From IMG/VR virus record IMGVR_UViG_2728369186_000004: a DNA stretch of 6,195 bases; one strand, written 5' to 3'. The position numbers were made by a program, and so were the translations under genes. The notes under the pieces were generated by a model. The model worked only from the letters and a program-made list of their open reading frames with translations. It did no database searches and was not told the DNA's origin. The stretch's first letter is position 1, and the number at the start of each line of letters is the position of its first letter. The stretch comes from a virus. Taxonomy: Duplodnaviria > Heunggongvirae > Uroviricota > Caudoviricetes. This document shows, piece by piece, positions 1-5,107 of the stretch.

Positions 1-93
1 TGTTCTGAGGTGAGCATATCACCTCTGTTCAGGTGGCCAAATTCAGTAAACCACTTCAGAACCTTATTTCATGCAAATGAGATCTACAATTAG
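1..93 (+). CDS. 3' end of an upstream gene (partial, unknown product); frame 1 open from window edge to TAG at 91-93
   Basis: Frame 1 has no stop from position 1 until TAG 91-93 (...CSEVSISPLFRWPNSVNHFRTLFHANEIYN*), overlapping the tail-fibre start by 23 nt. Only 30 codons visible, no motif recognised. Confidence 0.3.
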   Translation, partial: CSEVSISPLFRWPNSVNHFRTLFHANEIYN

Positions 94-1480
94 CTGGGAC
101 GATCAGGACAAAGAAGCACTGGAAGACCTGATTGGTTTACAAGACCGCTTAGATGAAACTATCGCGGATGCTATTGCTCAAGCTGGCGCTAATGCCGATG
201 CTAAAATTGATGCAATGCATAAGCAAATCACTACCGAAACAGGGCAGACGGTCCAAGCCTCAGCCAATACCTTAAAGAGTCTGATTGCTACCAGCGAGCA
301 AGCTAGCTCCACTAAGATTGATCAGGTTAAAGCTGAACTGAAAGGCGATATCACCAAAGAAGTTAGTGCATCTGCTACTACCCTGAAACAAGCTATTGCT
401 ACCAGTGAAGCAGCAAGCGCAAGCAAGATTGACCAAGTTCGGGTAGAAATGGATGGCAAGATTGCTGGTGTGAATCAGGAAGCGGACGTTAAGATCGATG
501 CTTTGAAGGGAACCATTAACAGCAAATACAATCTAGCAGTTAATGCAGATGGTCGCGTGGCTGGCATTCACATGAGCGCAACCAACGATCCGGCGCAACC
601 GACGAGAATCATCTTTAATGCTGATAAAATCGCGGTAGCTCCACAGAACGGATCGGAAGTATGCCCGTTTGGTATCGAAGGTAACAAGGTTTATCTCGAT
701 AATGCGATGATTCGTAATGCTGCAATTGGTACAGCCCAGATTAATGATGCGGCGATTACCACGGCTAAAATCGGCAATGCTGCAATTAACAGCGCGAAGA
801 TTCAGGACGGGGCAATCACTAACGCGAAGATCGTAAACGGTGCAATTGATAACGCTAAAATCGGTAACTATATCCAGTCTTCCAACTGGAACGGATCGAC
901 CGGATGGCATATCAACAAGAACGGGTCCGCTACGTTCATGAATGCAACCGTTAAAGGTAATATCACTGCTGATTCTGGTACTCTGAACAACGTCACGATT
1001 AACTCTAGCTGTGTTATTAAGGGTATGCTTGAAGCTACTCAGGTTAAGGGTGATTTCGTTAAGGTGATTGGACGTAAGTTCCCGCATCGTGATGTTAACG
1101 TTGATAATGGTTATGCTGGTTATCCACAGGGAACGGTCACTGTTCGCGTTGAAGATGATCACAAGTTCGATCGTCAAATCGTTATTCCGGCTGTTAGTTT
1201 TGGTGGATTGCGAGCGCGTGAAGGGTCGAACAATAATACGTTTTACGACACCTGTCGCCTGATTGTTCGTAAGAATGGGTCAGAGTTGTATAATAGGGCG
1301 TATGGCGGTAATACTGGTCTTTACTCAGGTGTTATTGATATGCCAGCGGGTAAAGGTGCTGTGACCTTGACCTTTGAAGTGCAATCAAGCGCAATCAACA
1401 ACTGGACGCCTAGCACATGGATCAGTGATTTAACTGTAATGGTAACTAAAAAAGCAACTACCGGTATTACTGTTTCTTAA
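71..1480 (+). CDS. Phage tail fibre / receptor-binding protein (469 aa)
   Basis: Complete ORF ATG 71 to TAA 1478-1480. N-terminal Ala/Ser/Thr/Gln-rich segment with KID-containing repeats of ~37 aa (KIDAM, KIDQV, KIDQV, KIDAL). Central array of 10-residue repeats IRNAAIGTAQ / INDAAITTAK / IGNAAINSAK / IQDGAITNAK / IVNGAIDNAK, typical of tail-fibre shafts. Gly/Asn/Thr-rich C-terminal ~200 aa consistent with a receptor-binding tip. No obvious SD; start probably coupled to the overlapping upstream ORF. In-frame stop at 47-49 rules out 5' extension in this frame. Confidence 0.75.
   Translation: MQMRSTISWDDQDKEALEDLIGLQDRLDETIADAIAQAGANADAKIDAMHKQITTETGQTVQASANTLKSLIATSEQASSTKIDQVKAELKGDITKEVSASATTLKQAIATSEAASASKIDQVRVEMDGKIAGVNQEADVKIDALKGTINSKYNLAVNADGRVAGIHMSATNDPAQPTRIIFNADKIAVAPQNGSEVCPFGIEGNKVYLDNAMIRNAAIGTAQINDAAITTAKIGNAAINSAKIQDGAITNAKIVNGAIDNAKIGNYIQSSNWNGSTGWHINKNGSATFMNATVKGNITADSGTLNNVTINSSCVIKGMLEATQVKGDFVKVIGRKFPHRDVNVDNGYAGYPQGTVTVRVEDDHKFDRQIVIPAVSFGGLRAREGSNNNTFYDTCRLIVRKNGSELYNRAYGGNTGLYSGVIDMPAGKGAVTLTFEVQSSAINNWTPSTWISDLTVMVTKKATTGITVS
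707..871 (+). repeat. Tandem degenerate 30-bp (10-codon) coding repeats, 5-6 copies, inside tail fibre gene
   Basis: Protein residues ~213-267 form consecutive decapeptides with pattern I-x-[ND]-[AG]-A-I-x-x-A-[KQ]; the underlying DNA shows the matching 30-nt periodicity (e.g. atcggcaatgctgcaattaacagcgcgaag / attcaggacggggcaatcactaacgcgaag). Confidence 0.6.
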
Positions 1481-1498
1481 AAATTTAATTTTAATAAT

Positions 1499-1540
1499 TA
1501 ATCCCGCTTAATTCTTTAGAGTTAGGCGGGATTATTTTTA
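1499..1540 (+). terminator. Rho-independent terminator after tail fibre gene
   Basis: Inverted repeat taATCCCGCttaa (1499-1511) / ttagGCGGGATta (1522-1534) with one G-U position and a ~10-nt loop, followed by tttta T-run (1535-1540), 19 nt after the tail-fibre stop. Confidence 0.6.
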
Positions 1541-1586
1541 TCTAAATAATTTTGCCATTAAACTATATAAAAATATCGGGGGCGTA

Positions 1587-1865
1587 ATGACTGAAATTAT
1601 ATATGGCGGTATCGGTGTTATCGCCTTAATTTGTGGTGGTCTTTGGAGACTTCACCGAAATCAATTAGCAACTGAAAATAGATTGTCGAAATTGGAATCC
1701 AGCGACGCATTGTTAAACCAGAAGTTTGAGACGATGCAAAGTAACCATGACCAGATCGCCGAGAGAGTTTATCGCATGGAACAAACACTACACGGTATAG
1801 AGAAGAAAGTGGTTGCGATGGACGCCAAATTTGACCAAGTTCTCGACATACTCAAACAAAAATAA
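1587..1865 (+). CDS. Small membrane protein, N-terminal transmembrane helix plus coiled-coil (92 aa); possible holin/lysis-associated or exclusion protein
   Basis: Strong SD cGGGGGcg (1577-1583) 4-9 nt before ATG 1587. Residues 4-20 IIYGGIGVIALICGGLW hydrophobic, followed by RLHRNQ (positive-inside suggests N-out/C-in). Remainder has heptad-like charged/hydrophobic periodicity (coiled coil). No family recognised with confidence. Confidence 0.55.
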   Translation: MTEIIYGGIGVIALICGGLWRLHRNQLATENRLSKLESSDALLNQKFETMQSNHDQIAERVYRMEQTLHGIEKKVVAMDAKFDQVLDILKQK

Positions 1866-1886
1866 TAATAATAAAGGGGTGAATAT

Positions 1887-2057
1887 ATGAAGAATAAACT
1901 TAAGAAATATTTTGGTTATCTCTTGATTATCGCCCTCACTTATAACGTAGCAATTAGACCTCTGCTAACGTCCTTTGGGCTTGAACTCCCGGCTATGACC
2001 GTGGATGAACAATTGCTAAGGACACTGGCGGGGGTCTTTTCGTTATTAGGGGGATAA
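1887..2057 (+). CDS. Small membrane protein (56 aa), not in ORF track; holin-like candidate
   Basis: ATG 1887 preceded by SD aaaGGGG (1873-1879, 7-nt spacer). Translation MKNKLKKYFGYLLIIALTYNVAIRPLLTSFGLELPAMTVDEQLLRTLAGVFSLLGG: Lys-rich N-terminus, one clear hydrophobic helix, no Cys (so not a lipoprotein). TAA 2055-2057 lies 1 nt before the ATG of the next gene (coupled). Confidence 0.45.
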   Translation: MKNKLKKYFGYLLIIALTYNVAIRPLLTSFGLELPAMTVDEQLLRTLAGVFSLLGG

Positions 2058-2058
2058 T

Positions 2059-2742
2059 ATGTCAACCAGTGTCAATAAACGTAACGCTCTAAGGACTAAG
2101 AAAGCGTTGAGGCAATGGTCTGAAAAGGCAACCGATACATTCGAAAGGGCAATAGGGGAAGGGGCGATCTTTGCTTCCAGAGCACTCCAGAAGAAGATTA
2201 ACAAGAATGTTGATAGACCTACTCGATGGACTCAGCAAGCTGTAGGTAATACCAACTACAAGAACCGATCAGGGACGAAACACCAAATCTTCATCAAGGG
2301 CGCAAGGGATAAGGACAAGAAGATCGGCAGTCAGGATGACTATCTGAAACACTATTTCGATGGGGGCAAAATCAATAAGCTAGTTCCAATCGCCAACGGC
2401 AGGGTCTTAGACTCCCACGGGAACATTAAGGCCATTAAAGGCGGTAAGATGATGCGTAACATCGAAAACGGCAACTTCATCAAGGTAGAGAACAAGGAAG
2501 GGACTTTTATCATGAAGAAGTACAAGCCTAAGAAATCCCGAACCAAACGCGCTAGGAATGGATCGGCGGTGGCAAAACGTCGCTTAGAGAAACGCACACA
2601 GAAACAGAGTAAGCGAATCGTTGCCGTTAAGTCGGATAAAATTTCTACTCGTTATTCGACGCTAGGATCGTGGGAAAGCAACGAAGCAATGATGCTTGAA
2701 AACATCAATAAGCACATTAAATCGCGCATGAGATACGTTTAA
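2059..2742 (+). CDS. Lysine/arginine-rich basic protein of unknown function (227 aa); possible nucleic-acid-binding protein
   Basis: ATG 2059 with SD aGGGGGa (2048-2054). No hydrophobic segment. Very high K/R content including KKYKPKKSRTKRARNGSAVAKRRLEKRTQKQSKR. Tightly coupled to the preceding small membrane gene. No family recognised. Confidence 0.55.
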   Translation: MSTSVNKRNALRTKKALRQWSEKATDTFERAIGEGAIFASRALQKKINKNVDRPTRWTQQAVGNTNYKNRSGTKHQIFIKGARDKDKKIGSQDDYLKHYFDGGKINKLVPIANGRVLDSHGNIKAIKGGKMMRNIENGNFIKVENKEGTFIMKKYKPKKSRTKRARNGSAVAKRRLEKRTQKQSKRIVAVKSDKISTRYSTLGSWESNEAMMLENINKHIKSRMRYV

Positions 2743-2751
2743 TCCATAAAT

Positions 2752-2775
2752 ACCCTCATAGAATCTTATGGGGGT
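2752..2775 (+). promoter_or_regulatory. RNA hairpin sequestering the Shine-Dalgarno of the downstream 115-aa gene
   Basis: ACCCTCATA (2752-2760) pairs with TATGGGGGT (2767-2775): 9 bp with one G-U, 6-nt loop. The paired right arm contains the GGGGG SD (2770-2774) of the ATG at 2781. No T-tract follows, so not a typical terminator. Confidence 0.35.
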
Positions 2776-2780
2776 ATAAC

Positions 2781-3128
2781 ATGGCTAAAAATATTTTCAC
2801 TGAATTTCCTACTTATCCGGTCGACCAGCTTTCCGGTATTTTTATCAATGGCATTAGCCCAGAATCCATGACACATGATTTTGAGGCGAAGAGAGTTAAA
2901 CATAAACAATATAAAGAATGTATCCGCGATCATGAAAAAGGGACCGTGTTTTGTGTCGCTACATTGGCTAAACGTCCTAAATATCGTTTTCGTGTAGGGC
3001 AAGAAGTCGATGTAGTTAATCCTTATAGTTTTAACTGTCTGGGTGATGCACGCGCGGTGTGTGTAGGCACAACTAATTACTACATTAAAGGACTCAGATT
3101 TACCGGGTATATAATGGAATACATCTAA
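2781..3128 (+). CDS. Hypothetical protein (115 aa), unknown function
   Basis: ATG 2781 with GGGGG SD 6 nt upstream; ORF ends TAA 3126-3128 and is followed by a strong intrinsic terminator. Protein has 4 Cys and several His but no motif I can assign. Confidence 0.5.
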   Translation: MAKNIFTEFPTYPVDQLSGIFINGISPESMTHDFEAKRVKHKQYKECIRDHEKGTVFCVATLAKRPKYRFRVGQEVDVVNPYSFNCLGDARAVCVGTTNYYIKGLRFTGYIMEYI

Positions 3129-3142
3129 CTCTAATAAATACA

Positions 3143-3169
3143 AGCGACCAATTTCGGTCGCTTTTTTAT
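3143..3169 (+). terminator. Rho-independent terminator between the 115-aa gene and the Zn-ribbon gene
   Basis: AGCGACC (3143-3149) / GGTCGCT (3156-3162), perfect 7-bp GC-rich stem, loop aatttc, followed by TTTTTATT (3163-3169). Confidence 0.7.
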
Positions 3170-3180
3170 TTGGAGGAATC

Positions 3181-4218
3181 ATGGAGATTTTATTTGCTGA
3201 ATATATCAACTACACCGGATTTACAAGAAAAACGCCTCTTGACTATGAACCTATTGCCATTAAACGTTGTGATGAGTTGGGGTACATCTATAACGGTTTT
3301 GTTGTGCCGTGGAAAGGGCAACATACACCCGTTTCTATAACCTGCAAGAAACATAGCACAACGCGAACAATTGCTTTCAAAACTCTTAAAAAACAAGGTG
3401 CGTGTCTTGAATGCTATAAAGAATCATTAAAACTTCCTAAGAAAAAGAATAGAGATAAGGAAGCTGTACTAGATAAAGCAAGCAATGTGCTGGAACGCAA
3501 AGATATGGTTTTAGTTGGATTGTTAGAAGATTATAAAGGATTAGACACAAAAGTTTCTTATAAGTGCAATTGCTGTGATACTGCATACGAAACCATAATC
3601 ACTAGAATCATAAACGATGATGCTGGGTGTCGTCATTGTGGGTCAATTAAGAGAGGAATCAATAAGAGAAAACACACAGACGACGAATGGATGGATCTAA
3701 TTGAGCATGAATGCAGGAACAAACGACTTGAATTAATAGAACAACCTAAATCTCCTATATTGTCAACATCAAAAATACACATCAAATGTGAAAAAGGTCA
3801 TCTTTCTGATTCTTTGGTAGTTTATGGTTTAGTGTATGAAAACTTAGGCTGTCCATGTTGTTCTAAAAATGGTTATAACAGAAGTAAGTCGGGAGTTTTC
3901 TACGTTCAACAGGTCGGAGATTATATAAAATATGGAATAACAAACCATCTAAACCCACAAAAGCGAGTAACTCAACAAGCTAGGGAATCAGGGTTAAAAC
4001 ACAAGTTATTGTGGTATATAACGTTCGGTGACGGAAAAGTTGCCAATGACCTAGAGTATTCCGTAAAACATAACATAGGAAATCACGCTGCACCAAAAGA
4101 ACTAATCCCAGACGGATATACAGAAACATGTGACATAACCAAAGAAGCGCAGATTAGAAAAATGGCAATGGATTTTTGTAAAAACTCCAACAACTATAAA
4201 ATTACATATAGGGGGTAA
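3181..4218 (+). CDS. Protein with three tandem ~74-aa zinc-ribbon repeats and a C-terminal GIY-YIG/T5orf172-like domain (345 aa); candidate homing-endonuclease-like or DNA-binding nuclease-family protein
   Basis: SD GGAGG (3172-3176), ATG 3181. Metal-ligand sets at exactly 74-residue spacing: C55-x2-H58...C75-x2-C78; C129-x-C131C132...C150-x2-C153; C203-x3-H207...C224-x-C226C227, with flanking similarity (WKGQHTPVSITC / YKGLDTKVSYKC). C-terminus has GVFYVQQVGDYIKYGIT (GIY...YIG-like paired motifs), an Arg ~10 residues later (PQKRVTQQ) and downstream Glu (LEYSVKH, GYTETCD). Stop TAA 4216-4218 is 1 nt before the next ATG. Function inferred from motif spacing only. Confidence 0.55.
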   Translation: MEILFAEYINYTGFTRKTPLDYEPIAIKRCDELGYIYNGFVVPWKGQHTPVSITCKKHSTTRTIAFKTLKKQGACLECYKESLKLPKKKNRDKEAVLDKASNVLERKDMVLVGLLEDYKGLDTKVSYKCNCCDTAYETIITRIINDDAGCRHCGSIKRGINKRKHTDDEWMDLIEHECRNKRLELIEQPKSPILSTSKIHIKCEKGHLSDSLVVYGLVYENLGCPCCSKNGYNRSKSGVFYVQQVGDYIKYGITNHLNPQKRVTQQARESGLKHKLLWYITFGDGKVANDLEYSVKHNIGNHAAPKELIPDGYTETCDITKEAQIRKMAMDFCKNSNNYKITYRG

Positions 4219-4219
4219 T

Positions 4220-4573
4220 ATGTTAAGTAAGCATTTTTCTCGCAAGGAATTTAAATGTAAATGCGGAAAATGTGATTATGATACAATCGACGCTGAATTA
4301 CTGGTGATTCTTGAGGATGTACGCGAACACTTTGGGAAACCAGTGATTATTAACAGCGGGAACCGTTGTCCGAATCATAATAAGAATGTTGGCGGTGCAA
4401 CCAATAGCTATCATGTTCGAGGCCGTGCGGCTGACATATCAGTGAAAGGAATTTCTCCTGATATTGTTCATGCTTATCTTGATGGGAAGTATCCTACTCA
4501 ATACGGCTTAGGAAAATATAAAACCTTTACGCATATTGATTCCAGATCAAAAAAATCACGGTGGAATGGATAA
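4220..4573 (+). CDS. Peptidase M15-family (zinc D-Ala-D-Ala carboxypeptidase-like) cell-wall hydrolase; probable endolysin (117 aa)
   Basis: ATG 4220 with GGGGG SD (4211-4215) inside the 3' end of the upstream gene. Motifs FSRKEF...SGNRCPNHNKNVGG...SYH-x6-D (H-VRGRAA-D) and C-terminal FTHID match the metal-binding signature of Peptidase_M15-type phage lysins. No signal peptide or TM segment. Confidence 0.75.
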   Translation: MLSKHFSRKEFKCKCGKCDYDTIDAELLVILEDVREHFGKPVIINSGNRCPNHNKNVGGATNSYHVRGRAADISVKGISPDIVHAYLDGKYPTQYGLGKYKTFTHIDSRSKKSRWNG

Positions 4574-4763
4574 AACAAAAGCGCCTCTGGTGGGCGCTTT
4601 TTTGTTAGAATATGCTGGCGACGTTAGCTATATTTCTGACCATTTTTTCATTATAGACAAATATACCGCAGACGATAAAGTCGTTTTTGACGAAGTAGAT
4701 CCGTCTCTGGTTGAAGTAATGAAAGAACCGGAAGACCTAGAGCTTGATTTAAGCCAATTATAG
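4566..4763 (+). CDS. Questionable small acidic ORF (65 aa from ATG 4566)
   Basis: Track ORF 4536-4763 overlaps the peptidase gene and reads through the terminator hairpin at 4577-4604. The only ATG (4566) has a poorly spaced SD. C-terminus highly acidic (DEVDPSLVEVMKEPEDLELDLSQL). Listed for completeness; probably not a real gene. Confidence 0.2.
   Translation: MDKTKAPLVGAFLLEYAGDVSYISDHFFIIDKYTADDKVVFDEVDPSLVEVMKEPEDLELDLSQL
4577..4604 (+). terminator. Rho-independent terminator after the peptidase gene
   Basis: aaaaGCGCC (4577-4585) / GGCGCtttt (4593-4601), loop tctggtg, then T-run to 4603; begins 4 nt after the TAA at 4571-4573. Confidence 0.55.
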
Positions 4764-4787
4764 ACTCTCTAACGCAATTAAATTAAA

Positions 4788-4809
4788 AAGGGGTACGGAT
4801 GTACCCCTT
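4788..4809 (-). terminator. Rho-independent terminator for the minus-strand recombinase/small-ORF transcript
   Basis: AAGGGGTAC (4788-4796) / GTACCCCTT (4801-4809), 9-bp stem, 4-nt loop. On the minus strand the stem is followed by TTTTTAATTT (complement of 4778-4787); on the plus strand only an A-tract precedes it. Confidence 0.6.
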
Positions 4810-4845
4810 AAAGCGTTTGGTTCGTTATACGGCGATTTAGGCCGC

Positions 4846-5103
4846 CTATGATTTATTTTCTTGTTCTATGAAAATCTTTCTCACCTCATCAGAATAAATG
4901 TCTAGTGATTCCTCATAACATTTTCTGTATTCACCGTAATTACTGGTGGTCTTTTGACATAGCAATTTCAATGTCTTATGTGCTCCATCAATGAAAGCAT
5001 CTTCTCTATAGGTTAGCGGTCTACGCATTTCTTGGTCTACGGTTGCCAATGCCAGGCAAGAATTCATAGATAAAATCAAACCTAAAATCTTAATCATCTT
5101 CAT
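4846..5103 (-). CDS. Small secreted protein (about 85 aa with predicted Sec signal peptide), unknown function
   Basis: Track ORF begins at a TTG (5118-5116); first ATG is at 5103-5101 (MKMIKILGLILSMNSCLALA|TVDQ...): basic n-region, hydrophobic core, ALA cleavage motif. Not a canonical lipobox (MNSC). Mature part ~65 aa with 2 Cys. Starts 5 nt after the recombinase stop, so co-transcribed. Confidence 0.5.
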   Translation of the reverse strand: MKMIKILGLILSMNSCLALATVDQEMRRPLTYREDAFIDGAHKTLKLLCQKTTSNYGEYRKCYEESLDIYSDEVRKIFIEQENKS

Positions 5104-5107
5104 TAGC

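Noticed and set aside
533-1177. 214-aa minus-strand ORF and 64-aa plus-strand ORF (1068-1262) inside the tail fibre gene
   Set aside because: Both lie entirely within or antisense to a well-supported, repeat-rich coding region; translations are low-complexity with no SD or motif. Shadow ORFs.
1541-1586. Sigma70-type promoter upstream of the first small membrane gene (TTGCCA 1553-1558, TATAAA 1566-1571)
   Set aside because: The -35-like and -10-like hexamers are only 7 bp apart, so they cannot act together; no properly spaced pair found. Expression may depend on readthrough or a phage-specific promoter.
2352-2597. 81-aa minus-strand ORF antisense to the basic-protein gene
   Set aside because: Fully antisense within a gene that has a strong SD and tight coupling to neighbours; no start context.
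2766-3209. 147-aa minus-strand ORF and 68-aa minus-strand ORF (3190-3396)
   Set aside because: The first spans the plus-strand 115-aa gene and its terminator in antisense; the second is antisense inside the Zn-ribbon gene. Both are composition artefacts.
4800-4850. Possible tRNA or tRNA fragment (GGTTCG-like motif near 4817-4822) as an integration target
   Set aside because: No cloverleaf can be built; the T-loop-like motif is incomplete and there is no acceptor stem or CCA context. The 6065-6195 region likewise shows no tRNA-like motif.
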